The notes under the pieces were generated by a model, which had not been told where the DNA came from, did not search any database, and worked only from the letters and a program-made list of their open reading frames with translations. Below are positions 1-12,600 of a DNA stretch of 64,000 bases, one piece after another (within the stretch, counting starts at the first letter, position 1; each line of letters starts with the position of its first letter). The stretch spans positions 2,108,001 to 2,172,000 of the forward strand of contig OZ287077.1 in NCBI GenBank assembly GCA_965645245.1. The letters are read 5' to 3'. Source of the DNA: Massalongia carnosa. Lineage: Eukaryota. The position numbers and the translations under genes were made by a program.

Positions 1-1
1 A

Positions 2-604
2 AGTGTCATTGGTGTGGATCCAAGCACAGAGCGTATCGCCATTGCACGCAAGAAGGCCATGCCAAATCTATCATTCTACGAGGGACGAGCCGAAGACCTC
101 TCACAATTTCCTACGGCTAGTATTGATGTGGTATTTGTGAATTCGACTTTTCACTGGGTGGAGGACCAGCCTTTGGCACTCACTGAATTTGCACGCGTGC
201 TGAAGCCGGGTGGTCGTCTCGGTATCTCCGGTGGTTCTGGAGACTTTGTCGCTGCGCATGAGAAGATCAAGGCGGATGTGCTGTCTCGAGAGCGCTATCG
301 CAGCTACCCCGAGGACAGTCCCCCAAAATTCTTGAAGCGGCGCGAGCTTGAGAATCTAGTCGAAAATGCTGGGTTTGTGAACAGAGAAATTGTCATCAAT
401 ACGATTGTCAAGTCGGCTAAGGATGCGGAAGCGATGATCGAGTGGTTGGATACGAGTTCATCCGGGAAGACATATGGCGGTATCCCTCTTGATCTACGGC
501 CAAGTGCAAAGGACGAAATGAAGCGGGAATGGGACAAGCTTACCACAGAGAAAGGAATCCAGATGAAGATGGAGCTGTTGGTCACTGTGGCCACCAAAGC
601 TTGA
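2..604 (+). CDS. Class I SAM-dependent methyltransferase (Methyltransf_11-like), 5' end outside the window
   Basis: Frame is open from the window edge: VIGVDPS...GRAEDL..F...SIDVVFVNSTFHWV....LTEFARVLKPGGRL, i.e. post-I, II and III motifs; motif I lies upstream. Confidence 0.85.
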   Translation, partial: SVIGVDPSTERIAIARKKAMPNLSFYEGRAEDLSQFPTASIDVVFVNSTFHWVEDQPLALTEFARVLKPGGRLGISGGSGDFVAAHEKIKADVLSRERYRSYPEDSPPKFLKRRELENLVENAGFVNREIVINTIVKSAKDAEAMIEWLDTSSSGKTYGGIPLDLRPSAKDEMKREWDKLTTEKGIQMKMELLVTVATKA

Positions 605-816
605 GCGAGCCTCATCGAGCGCTATGGTAAAGCCACTTTCAAATTGAGTAGAACTCTGTGTTATTGAATATCTTAACCTCTGCACGTGGCAGAAAAGTAC
701 TTATATCGAACCTTTGTTTTCAGCGGCTACTATCCCTCTCGCTGGTGAATTGGCACCCCCCTCCCGCACTAGCTATAGATGGTTTAGAGCTCCCGAAACC
801 TTAAATATCTACCAAT

Positions 817-1078
817 CACGCGCGTGACAAAAATGGCCTAACACCAAAACTCGCTTGACAGGCGGTTTTTACTAAAGATTTTTTCCAATATCTTGCTTTG
901 GAAATTTTTCTTAAATAACCACGCTTCAGTATAAAATATCATAAGGTTAAAACCGAATGTCAAACAAGCTGCACTCACAAAATTACAAGTTTGAAAAGCT
1001 TGTAAAATAATCTGATGTTTTTAATCAGACTGCAAACATAGTAAAGTTTGGTATTCGGCCCATTTTGTCACGCGCGTG
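817..1078. mobile_element. MITE, 262 bp, ~33-bp imperfect TIRs, 5-bp TSD CCAAT
   Basis: Left end CACGCGCGTGACAAAAATGGCC; reverse complement of the right end CACGCGCGTGACAAAATGGGCC; CCAAT at 812-816 and 1079-1083; AT-rich non-coding interior. Confidence 0.85.
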
Positions 1079-1959
1079 CCAATCAAATAAGCGGCTTGCT
1101 ACCCCTTTCTGACCTTTTTAAGAATTGCCCAATCAATTACTATCTACCTGAACTCCATCTACTTCTTTCAGTTCAAATGTATTGCCGCCCAGCAGGCCTG
1201 ATATTGAGCTTGATTTATTGATCTAAGCTCTTGGTAATTGGAGAATGATTTACGTTTTAGATAGACACTTGGAATTGAGGTGATGATTGCTTGCATTGAA
1301 AGGATTTTCCCCAATTCTCTCATAGAATGTTGGGATTCGGTTAATAGATTACCGTATCCGAGCTACATATCGCTTACTGCTTGACCACTAAATTGGCTGA
1401 CACATCCCCTTGATGAAGATTTTCTCCTTCAGTGGAATCTTCATCATTTCCTTTCTCATATCCTAGGCCTAATAGCCTAATGAATTGCTTTTGACGTTGG
1501 GGGGGGAATGACTTTGTTAGTCCATCTGTCAGGACCTGCCATAGAGACTACGGAGAAGGATACGGAAAAGGGGCATCAGCATGGACTCGGCCGCCGAACC
1601 CGGCCCGACCCTAATGGGCTGATTCCGCTGTCGGCCACATGCCGTCTCAGGGGGACGGCTGGCGAGGGGGACGGCTGGCGAGGGGGACGGCTGGCGAGGG
1701 GGACGGCTGGAAACCCATGTCGGATGGCACTAACCGCCCAAAGGGGCCGGGAGCCATTTGGACCAATCAGATAGCTGGGGGCTATCCGATAAGGGCATAG
1801 ATCAATAACATACATTATTGAGACACCCTTCACGTGACCAACACGCCCTCTGAGGAGAAGCATACGTCTTACACTTTGATCTATCCAACCTTCTAGGGAG
1901 CCCGTTGGTCATTCCTCATTACCTCGACATTTCAACCTATGGTATTAATTAGATCGCAA

Positions 1960-3042
1960 ATGTCTTCGTCCACCGCTTCCGGGGCGAACCCGACACCTAA
2001 CCCGGACGAGACCCTAATTTCCGCCACCATGGCAGACATGCAGCGAGAAGTTGAGGCCATTGAGGCTGAACGGAAGCAGGCGCACCTAGCCAAACCGCTG
2101 GAGGACCTGAAGAAGGAAAAGGCCGCCGGCTTCCCCACTCTCACGGATTGAACCAAACCCGTCGACCCGCTGGCCCTGGAAAGGTCTCTTCGTTCCGTAG
2201 ACCCGACGACCTACGCCGGCGACAATCAGCGGGCGTTTGACACATTCCTACGTGACTGCAAGAGAACTTTTCTGCAGAAGCCAGTCACATACGAATCGCC
2301 CTCGGCACAGGTCCTCTACGCCGAGAACTATCTATCCGGAGCCCCTGCCGACGATTGGCACCGTGAGAAGGAAGCGACGACGAAGGCGGCGGAAGGTGAG
2401 CTCACCTGGAAAATCTTTGCCGACTTCCTCCAGGAAAAGCTCAAACCGAAGCATCTACGCTTGATGGATCTGGGGGGACAACTGAAGAAATTGCGCCAAT
2501 TCCAGGGGCAGACCGTGTCCGATTTTGTCACATATCTGGAAAGCCTAGAAGCTCAACTCCCCGAACCCCCCACGGAAATGCAGAAGCATTCCAACCTCTT
2601 ACACAGCGTGCACGACTACTTGAAGACGGCTGTGATCCGGGCGGGTAGTCAGGGGACGACCAGGGCGGAACTGGTCGAGGCGGTGAGGATTGCGGAAAGG
2701 GTTGAGCCAAAACCCGATGGATGGAAGAAGACTTTCAATAAAAGCCGGAATCAAAATCGAAACAATCAATCTTCCTCAACCCCCAAACCTGAAGAAGATG
2801 GACCTGCTGACGCTCCACAGGCACCCGTGATTAATCCGAACCACCAATCAAACAAAAGAAAGCTGGATGATCAGGAAGATCAGCAAGCTCAAGAAGCCCC
2901 GCCCCCTACGAGACCAAAAGGAAATCGGTCGGATAAGGATTGCTGGAACTGCGGGAAAATGGGGCACCTTCAATTCGAATGTCGGTCCCGGCCGTCGCCG
3001 CGGGGATCGTCCCGCCGGCCGGGAAAAGGTCGGGGCCAATAG
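1960..3042 (+). pseudogene. gag: Gypsy A gag (stop and frameshift), with CCHC zinc knuckle
   Basis: ORF pieces 1939-2151 and 2461-3042; LRQFQGQTVSDF capsid motif; CWNCGKMGHLQFEC. Confidence 0.85.
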
Positions 3043-6000
3043 ACGTTTCCTCCGTCGTATTGGCCCGGCAAATGAGGAAATCCCCATGCCGCCACCTCTT
3101 CTCAACGGTTTTCCTATATTACGACAACAGTCAGCATCGTGTCCGAGCAATGATCGACTGCGGAGCAACTTGAAACCTTATCGCTCAAACCTGGCTAAAT
3201 GAGGTAGGTGTTCGAGATCCTCCCGGCTCCCCTCCACCATCTTGGTTGAAAACTCTCGATGGAACCCCCTTCCAGACTTATTTTGATCATGCCCTGCGCG
3301 TCGGGGTTGTTGATGACAATGGTCTTGAGCGAGTGGCCGAGCAGGCATTCGTCGCGTCAGACATGTATGGGGTGGACATGATCCTGGGCTTGCCCTGGTT
3401 GGGTCATGCCAATCCATCCATCGGCTGGCGCGAAAGGAGGATAATCCATGAAAGCCACCTCATCGAAGGTGAAGTACGAGATGACCTGCCAGGGGAACGT
3501 CCCGGGGTCACTGTAGGCGATGAGGAAACCCCTCATCGAAGTAGCAATCTCCCAGTAGTGGCAATGGTGAGTGAGCAGGAGATCTTTGACATCTGCGAAT
3601 GCGAGGGCGTCGACGCATTTCTAATAGACATTCGGGAAGTGCTCGGTGGGAGCCCGGAGTCGGAGTCAATAGTTGGTGCCATCTCTACGTCTAGCAATAA
3701 ACTTCTGCCTCTGTATCAATCCTACAGTGACGTCTGCTCCAATGAAAAAGCTTCAGTGCTACCAGAACGAGGGCCCCACGACCATAAAATCAATCTGGAA
3801 GGCGAACCACCCCCGACCCGGGCCATGTATAACCTCTCCCTCACCGAACTAGAAACCCTAAAAGACTACATCGACGACAACCTGGCAAAAGGGTATATTA
3901 CCCATAGCACCTCACGACTAGGCGCGCCCATCCTATTCACCAAGAAGAAAGATGGTAGTCTACGTCTCTGTGTCGATTATCGGGCCCTAAATGCTGCTAC
4001 GATTAAGAATAAGTACCCTCTACCCCTGATCCAGGGGCTGTTCGACATCGTCAGCGGGTCGGCTATTTACACCAAGTTGGATTTGAGGGACGCATACAAC
4101 ACCCTCCGAATCGCCGCCGGGGACGAATGGAAGACGGCCTTCAGATGTAGATATGGCCATTTTGAGTATAGAGTCATGCCCTTCGGACTGGTCAATGCCC
4201 CCGCCTCCTTTCAAGCGTTCATTCAGGAGGTGTTGAAAGAGAATCTCGACCGGTTCGTAGTAGTATATCTTGACGACATCCTCATCTTCTCCAAGACGGA
4301 AGAGGAGCATTCGGGCCACGTTCGATGGGTTCTGGATCAATTGCGGAAATGGAAACTACACGCAAAGTTATCGAAATGCATCTTCCACGCGTACGAGCTG
4401 GACTTCCTGGGCTACATACTCTCCCGAAAAGGCATCGCCATGGACCCAGGACGAATTTTTACGGTGACGCAATGGCCGGAGCCGAAATCTCATCGAGAAG
4501 TTCAAGTCTTTCTTGGATTCGCCAACTTCTATAGACGCTTCATCAAAGGATTCTCGCGCATAGTGGCGCCAATCACTTCCTTGCTGAAAGGTGGGGACAA
4601 AGGCCGTTTCCGGGGGAAGTTCGTGTGGACGGACAAGGCAAAGGGGGCTTTTGAGGCGTTAAAAATCGCGTTCACTAGCGCCCCAATGTTGCTGCATTTC
4701 GATCCTGCAAGGCGTATTAAGCTCGAGACGGATGCGTCAGATTTCGCCCTATCAGGAATCCTCAGTCAACTAGTCGAAGAAACGGGCCAATGGCACCCGA
4801 TCGCCTTCTGGTCCCGGAAAATGACCCCTGCAGAAATCAATTATGGGGTCGGGGAGAAGGAAATGTTAGCAATCGTGGAAGCGTGCAAAAATTGGAGACA
4901 CTATCTTGAAGGGGCAAACTTCCCCGTCAAAGTGCTCACCGATCATGGAAACCTTCGCACCTTTTTCACAACCAAAACACTATCTAGACGCGAAGCGCGT
5001 TGGTGGGAAAGACTATCCAGTCTAGACCTACAGCTCGAGTACAGACCTGGTCGGAATAATCCGGCAGATGGACCCTCGCGACGCCCGGACTACGCAGGGC
5101 CAGGCTTGCATCGTCAAGACGAGGCCACACTGCTGGGTCAGGGGGTCGTCGGGGGGGAAAGCGAGGTATATCAAACGAGACCCTACGCATTAGTTTCTTC
5201 AGATGAAGTCGGTCAAGGGCCGAAGGAATCCTTCGTCTTCAACAATACTCCACCGGAGACGCGCACGGAATCCTCAATTGCTGTCGTAGGGATGGATACC
5301 ATCCCGAATGCTGCACGGGCGTCGGATCCTGATATCCAGGCGGCAATGAGAAGGACCAAGGGGGGGAAGAAAAAGGGCAAAAAGCCTGCCCCTCCGAAGT
5401 CAGACGAGACCGCGGCTGACTCCAAGCCTGTGGGATTCCGACTCGTCGAGGCCGAGAGGGACTCGTCGAGGCCGAGAGGGACTCGGACACATTAAGCCAG
5501 CGCGTCCTAGACGTGACTGAGTCGGAAGCTGCCTTTGCATCGCCCCCCCTGGAACTCAGCACCGTCCTTCGTATTCTTCAAGAGACTGATCACCTTGCGA
5601 AGCGAAGACGGCCCCTCGCCGCATCGTCGTTGCAGGGAGAGCTGGATCAGGAAAGGGACGGTCAGAGGCAGCCCACCGAGGGAACGGAGGGGGTCGCAGG
5701 AGACGACCTTCCTGCCGATGAGAAAGAAGACGGGCTCTGGCATCTCAAAGATGACATCCTCTGTCGAAATAACAGGTGGTATATACCGCCTGGATTGCTG
5801 AGAAACGAACTGCTAAAAAGGAATCATGATGATCCAAACGCAGGGCATTTCGGTACCCTCAGAACGACAGAACTTCTCCAACGAAAATACTACTGGCCCC
5901 GAATGGTCCCTGATGTCAAGCACTACGTTGATACCTGTACTCGCTGTCATCAAGTCAAGGCAGTCAGGCATAGACCATTCGGCGAATTAGAATCCTTGCC

Positions 6001-7036
6001 AGTACCTCTGGGTCCAAGACAGAATTGGACACTAGATTTCATTACGGATTTGCCCCCGAGCATCCGCCGCACCCTTATTTTTGATGCAATACTAGTAATT
6101 GTTGACAGGTATACAAAGTACGCCCGATACATCGCGGCCAGGAAAGACTGGACGGCGGAGAACCTTGCCGACGCCCTGGTAGAAGAAGTCTTCACCTGCT
6201 TTGGAATGCCGGTCTCGCTGGTGACCGACAGGGGAAGCCTGTTCACCTCGAATTTCTGGTCCAACTTCTGCTATCATCTGAGGGTACGGCTCAATTACAG
6301 TACGGCCTTTCACCCCCAGACCGACGGGCAAACGGAACGTCAAAACCAGACGTTGGAACAGTACCTTCGTTGCTACGTCAATTATCAACAAGACGACTGG
6401 GTGTACTGGCTACCGATGGCAGAATACGCCTACAACAACAGTCGGCATAGCGTACTGAAAATGTCCCCATTCGAGGCCCTTTTCGGAGAGGCACCGAGGT
6501 GGGAGGAGGAAATAACGGAAACCGAAAAGGAAACGCCAGCAGCGAAAGACAGGGCGATAGAAACGCTCGAAAAGAGACGTCGTCTCGAAACTCTGCTGCA
6601 AAAAGCATCATCAGATCAAGCTAAGCCTTCAAAGAAACTGGACTATAAATACTACGGTCCTTATGAGATAACCAAGGCTATAGGAAAGCAAACGTATCGT
6701 CTGAAACTACCGCCGCTACTAAAAGGCGTCCACGACGTCTTTCACGTCAACCTTCTAGAACCATACAATGAAGACTCAGCAAGAGGTCCTGAGCTCCCCC
6801 CGGCCATCGAGGTCGACGGCGAGGAGCAATACGAGGTGGAGGAGGTACTGAGCAGTCGAATCCGATACGGGAAACTGCAATATCTGGTCAAATGGAAAGG
6901 ATATCCGGATTCGGACAATCAATGGCTGTCATTGGAAGACATGGAAGGGTCACAAGACCTAATTAGGATTTATCATCGGACATACCCATCGAACCCGTCG
7001 AAAAGCGGGGAAAAGAGAAGAAAGATAAGCAAATAG
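3021..7036 (+). pseudogene. pol: Gypsy A pol (PR-RT-RNase H-IN-chromodomain), disrupted
   Basis: AMIDCGAT then a stop; RT LRLCVDYRALN and YLDDILI; RNase H ETDASD; frameshift at a 20-bp tandem duplication ~5440-5485; IN HHCC and DFIT/TDRG/ERQN; chromodomain YEVEEVL..YLVKWKGY. Confidence 0.92.
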
Positions 7037-10000
7037 ATCTTTTCCCATACCGGGCATGCGAAAAATATAATCTTATCTTATCGACCTAAGACACAGTTAA
7101 GTAAACAGCTTTGATTATTGCTAAAAAGAAAGCTAGCTACCCCTCATGATCCGACACCTGATCCTCACCCTCCGGGACGGTCACGGGAAGCCCCTTTTCC
7201 CACCGAAGTAGGGCGTCGGTCTCAAAGGCCTGCCGTCGGATCTGCGCAAGGGCATCTAGTCCCTCCACGCTGTCGGTTTTCAAGGCCTTGGCACGGGCGC
7301 GCTCCCAAATGGCCACACGGGCGACATATCGCTCATGCTTGGCAGCGAGAGCAGCGAACCGGGCCCGATTTGGGGTCGGCAGGTTGTTGATGGCGGTTGC
7401 TTCTTACAGCAACCGAAGGACCGTCCGCCGAAAAGGAACTGGGATCGGGCGACAAACCTCCTTTCGACGAATGCAATCAGCGCACTTCCCCGAGGCTGGT
7501 TATCGGTGGTGCAGTTGAAATTAAGTTCAGGATTGTGTTGGAACACCGATGGCAGAGAGAAGCCTCCGAGGTGGGGCCGACCCATTTGGGAGGCACCCGC
7601 ACCGCTGCAGCAGGGGGAGGAAAGTCGGGCAAATGGACATCGTACGCTCGGGGTGGCCGACGGCGACTGGCGGCGGGGGGTGGTACATCAGACATAATTG
7701 GGAAATTGGAGGATTGAACTGATGAAAAGTAAGTCATGGATTGGGGACTACTGAGGGGAGATAGACAGGCCAAGTGGCTATTTATGCTCGAATTACTGGC
7801 ATTACGAGGGCATCCGACAACAAAGAATATCACCAACAACGAAAAGAAGATATCACGTGAGTCGAAGCCTCCTGCGACATGAGCCCTAGGGGGAGGATAA
7901 TGTCAGGACCTGCCATAGAGACTACGGAGAAGGATACGGAAAAGGGGCATCAGCATGGACTCGGCCGCCGAACCCGGCCCGACCCTAATGGGCTGATTCC
8001 GCTGTCGGCCACATGCCGTCTCAGGGGGACGGCTGGCGAGGGGGACGGCTGGAAACCCATGTCGGATGGCACTAACCGCCCAAAGGGGCCGGGAGCCATT
8101 TGGACCAATCAGATAGCTGGGGGCTATCCGATAAGGGAGTCTTAGGGGGAGACACGTCTGTAGGATAAAGAGGTCGATGCCCACCTTATTCTAAGGGCAT
8201 AGATCAATAACATACATTAGTGAGACACCCCCTTCACGTGACCAACACGCCCTCTGAGTAGAAGCATACGTCTTACACCATCAGCTAGAATGTTATTTGT
8301 TGAATCCCATTCTATACCGATTTTCCCCCTAGATATTTCCTGGCGGAGCCAATGCTTGTGAATATCCACATGCCTAAGCTTGGTAATAAGGCGGTTAGTG
8401 GTCAGGGCTCGAATGGTTTGACGGTTATCGCATTGAATACTAGTTGGATGATCGAGGTGGAAATTTATTGATTGAAAAAAGCGAGTCCACCATATCAATT
8501 CTTTCCCTGCGGCTGATATGGCTAGCAATTCGGCCTCGGTTGAGCTAGTTGTGACTGTGCGCTGCTTAGAGGCCTTCCAATCGATCATCCCATTGAATAG
8601 TTTGAATGCATAGCCTTGAGAGCTATATCTAGTGCTTGAATCATCTGCGAAGGATGCATCGCTACTGGCCAAGAATATCTCTCGTGAATAAGTAGCCTGT
8701 GTGTTGAACACAATTGCTAGATGCTTAGTATGAGCTAGATATTTGAGGGTACGGTTGACGCAATCCATATGGTGTTTGGATTGGTTGGTAAGAAATTCCG
8801 ATAATTTGGAAGCTGCTTGGGCCACATCGGGCCTAGTGATGACTGCGGCAAAATTCAATGATCCTACCCGCTGTTGATAGGAGTGAATTTCTTGAGCTGT
8901 TGCCATGGAATTATTTTTGGTTAATTCTTCTAGTCTCTAGTGGTAGTGGTGATTGTTTTGAGCGCTTGGTGAGGTCCAAGCTGATGTTGAACTTGGCTAA
9001 TAGCTTGTCAATGTATGAATCTTGGCATAGCCATAGCTGACGAATATTCCTATCCCTGATGATGTGAATTCCTAGAAACCATTCCAATTGGCCCAAGTAT
9101 CGCATCTCGTACTTCTGAAATAGTAGAGCTTGAAACTGATCCAGTTGATTGGTGTAGCGGCGATCATATAATATGACGATATCATCCACGAAGAAGAATA
9201 GCAAGATATGAGTATCTTGACTAATGAAAAGGCAGTCCACCCCCGGGACGGGTTCAAGATTCATCTCGATTAGGACTTTTGATAGATTTTGGTACCATAG
9301 GGCCGGTGATTGCTTGAGACCGTATAGTGCTCGCAATAGGAGTAGTAGAATATTGACTTTTTCTGATCCAGGCCACCCCTCGGGCAATTTACAATAGGTA
9401 GGTTCATCAATAGGACTATTTGCAAATGCATTGACTGCGTCGTACTGGCGTGTTTCAAGGTCAAATGCGGCTAGTATAGCCATTAGCGCTCTAAAAATCC
9501 GTGCGGCCAAGGTGGCTGCAAAGGTATCTTGCTCGGTACGTTGAAGATCACCCCTAGCACATAGTCTTGATTTGTATTTGACTAAATACCCCTTTTCATC
9601 GAGTTTGTACTTGAACACCCACATGGTTGGAATAGGTGTTTTCCCTGCTATTGTTGCTGCATTGATGTTGACCTCGGTCTAGGTGTTCTTTGCAACAAGC
9701 GCCTGAATTTCCATCTGCATGGCTAATTTGAAGCCTTCTGCATGCGGATGCTTTAGCATTTGACGATAGTTTTCAGGTTCAATAGGTAAGCTATCTCTAT
9801 GAAAGCGAGTGCTTTGAGTCGGGGTATGGTCCTTTTTAGGCTCTTGATTGGAAATGTAGTAGGAACTTGCCATGATATTGGCCGAGAATGCAGCGTGATA
9901 TGAATTCAACTCGCCATTCTTGGCTTGTGCTAAGGCGGTTGAATAGGCTTCATTTCATAGCTTCTATTGCGATTGCGACTTCTTCCCATCCCCTCAGGTA

Positions 10001-10306
10001 AGATATTATCCGTATCGACACTTGAATTGATATCCCTTGATGCTTTTCTAGACTTGTTACTCTTTGCGGTGATTGATTCTGATGGATTTGAACTATGAAT
10101 TGATGGGTTTGGGCTTGATGAGCTGGTAATGGAGGGGCTTGGTGTTAATAGGTAAATGTCGTCTGATGAAATTTCTGCAGCATTTCCGTATCCAGAATTT
10201 TTGTCCAGAATTATTTCCTCCATATTTTCTTCCATACCTTGTATGTTTTCCCTCATGCCGATTCCCCTTTCCTCCTCTTCATCATCCGATCCTATTTCGG
10301 TGATAA

Positions 10307-10921
10307 GTGGTGGTACCGGGAAAAACCTTTCTCCGACGCCTTTTCAACAGCAAAATCGGGCCCGCGCGCCCATTTATTCATATCAATTCTCACATAAAAG
10401 CTGATCTTTTATGGTGGCATCATTTCCTTCCATTATGGAACGGCATACACATTATTAGCCCTTCGAGACCCCTGCTCCGTCTCTGGACGGATGCCAGTGG
10501 GGACTTCGGAATCGGGGCATACATACTTCAAGGTGGTCAGACCACACACACATTGCCCGCTGAGCAAGTGGTTTCTGAACATTATACCACCAGGCTCAGA
10601 GCCAAACATATCAATGAGAAGGAGATGACAGCGATTCTGCACGCCATACGGCGGTGGCTCCCCATGTGCAAGGGAGCTCATCTCCTTCTTTATTGCGACA
10701 GCTTTGCTGTAATGTCCGGGGTCAAAAAGACCTCCATTCGAGGCGGGGCCATGCATCCCCTCCGGAATATCGCCATGATGGCAGCAATATATGACATTGA
10801 GATTGAACCACACTGGCTGTCTACCAAAGAAAATTTCTTAGCAGATTGGTTGTCCCGAGGACTATTTGGAAAAATCGCTGACAATTACCCCAACCTGCAG
10901 GGCATTTCATCGAACAAATAA
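10307..10921 (+). pseudogene. Ngaro/DIRS RT C-terminus and RNase H fragment
   Basis: GKTFLRRLF..DLLWW, LWTDAS, HINEKEMTAI, LYCDS, NFLADWLSR. Confidence 0.85.
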
Positions 10922-11946
10922 CGGCGTCACTCGCCCGCGACCCTCCAGAGACATGGTATAACGAGGTTCCGCTGGATCGCCGAGCAGCCAGATATTTATG
11001 GTGGGGCATAGCAATTAGGACTCGAGGGCTATACGATGCAGCCCGGAAAAGCTACACGACCCACTGTCAATTGGCAACGAATTTCCCTCCCTTTCCAGCG
11101 ACAATTCGAAGCCTTTCGGCATGGATAGCCGCCCTGGGTCAGCGAGGGCTCCGCCCCAAAACCATCAAAAACTATTTAGCTGGAGTACGATCGAGCCAAT
11201 TGGACATGGGCCTAGGGGACCTGGAGGTCTTTCACCATCCAGTCCTAGACAGAATAATTGCGGGAATAAAACGAACGCACGGTGAACCAGAAAGACGAGA
11301 AAGGCTACCAATCACACGCAACATTTTGATAAAATTGCTACGGAAACTAGACACTACTAACGAGGTCCAGGCAACACTTCATGCGGCATACAGCATCGCA
11401 TTCGCTGCCTTCTTAAGAGCGGGAGAACTTACCTACAAACAGGGAGAAATGCAAGACTCCAGCTTCGATTCATGGCATTTAACTAGGAAATCGGTGGATC
11501 TACAGGCGGATCGAATAATTCTTTCCCTACTGTCATCCAAGACGGATCCTTTTCGAAGGGGTAGAAAAATTTATATCGCAGCAACAAACGACGAAGCATG
11601 CTCGATCACCTCCATTCGGAACTTGTTTACCCGATTCCCGAAACCAGCATCGTCCCCATTGTTCCAATTTCAGGACAAGGCCTTCACTCGTGAATATTTA
11701 GTGCAGGCCCTACGGAGTGGCCTCCGGGCAGTTGGCGTCCGAGGGAATTACTCGGGTCATTCGTTTCGACGGGGTGCAGCAACAACGGCCAAGAACTCGG
11801 GCTTGCTAGAGGAAGATATTCAAACCTTGGGCCGATGGAAAGCAGACTCGTATCAATTGTACATTCAGACACACCTGGACCAATTAATAGCGACCTCCCT
11901 TCGTTTTCAACGACCCCCCGCCACGTTCCGAACAGCACCACCGTAG
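10882..11946 (+). CDS. Tyrosine recombinase of the Ngaro/DIRS element (no ATG; frame open from 10882)
   Basis: AFLRAGE (R), SKTDPF (K), GHSFRRGAAT (HxxR), LGRW, SYQLY (Y). Confidence 0.9.
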   Translation, partial: QLPQPAGHFIEQITASLARDPPETWYNEVPLDRRAARYLWWGIAIRTRGLYDAARKSYTTHCQLATNFPPFPATIRSLSAWIAALGQRGLRPKTIKNYLAGVRSSQLDMGLGDLEVFHHPVLDRIIAGIKRTHGEPERRERLPITRNILIKLLRKLDTTNEVQATLHAAYSIAFAAFLRAGELTYKQGEMQDSSFDSWHLTRKSVDLQADRIILSLLSSKTDPFRRGRKIYIAATNDEACSITSIRNLFTRFPKPASSPLFQFQDKAFTREYLVQALRSGLRAVGVRGNYSGHSFRRGAATTAKNSGLLEEDIQTLGRWKADSYQLYIQTHLDQLIATSLRFQRPPATFRTAPP

Positions 11947-12600
11947 GTGGGCCATTCCCTGCTTGGGGTTGGGAGTTTTTCCCCTCACTGCTGCCAAAAC
12001 AAAGCCATTATAGGAGGGGCCCTCAGCAAAACTGAGCGCCAGCAGGGCAGCAGCGAGGGGAGAGTTGCCCAAACATAGATAGAAATTATATATGTTCAGC
12101 TGACACGATGGAGCCCGCGAATTACTTCCGAATAAGCGGGTGTTCCGAATACAGGTGAATTACGTTAGTCGAACATTTGACCTGTAAACAGCTGCTCTTT
12201 GACTATTGATTACCTTTACCTTTCTTTGTCTAATGATGATAATTGCTTTATTGACTCTTTTGTGTCATTGTAAGCATTTGAATCCAATAATTTTGTCAAG
12301 GGACTGGATTGGATGGTCAAGCTTTCTAATTGACTGAGTCTATAGCTACAGCTAGGCTAGATTGGCTATTCAAGACGTCGGACAAGGAGCCAGAACTTTC
12401 GAGACTCGACCCCTTCTTTTATATCTGTTCCTCACCTCCTTACCCCTTTGTTTCCTTGATCTTCGATGTCTCCTATTCATCTCCTTTTCCTAAGTTAATA
12501 CGAAGACACCTAATGGGGACCGGGTAATTATGGTTTCGAAGATCGGAGGCGGAGCCGTACTCGATCTAACCGCATCGAGAAAGGTTGGAACAGCGCGCAC

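Larger units (their letters stand above)
1527..8277 (+). mobile_element. Ty3/Gypsy chromovirus A, full length but inactivated, TSD CCATC
   Basis: LTRs 1527-1873 and 7901-8277 (TGTCAGG...TTACA); CCATC at 1522-1526 and 8278-8282; PPT AGGGGGAGGATAA before 7901; gag-pol inside. Confidence 0.95.
1403..10306 (-). mobile_element. Ty1/Copia element B: 3' part only (RT-RNase H), degraded and split by Gypsy A
   Basis: RT 9624-8911 (WVFKYK..YKSRLCARG, LYGLKQSP, FFVDD); RNase H 8906-8278 (SDASFADD, TEAE, CDN, HVDI..HWLRQ, ILADG) resumes at 1521 as LTKSFPPQR. A purine tract followed by TGTCAGCC near 1402 marks the likely 3' LTR start; its far end was not resolved. Confidence 0.85.
10307..12085 (+). mobile_element. 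Ngaro/DIRS-type tyrosine-recombinase retrotransposon, 5'-truncated
   Basis: RT C-terminus plus RNase H ORF overlapping a YR ORF; the 3' end is approximate (GC-rich tail ending near ATAGATAG). Confidence 0.85.
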
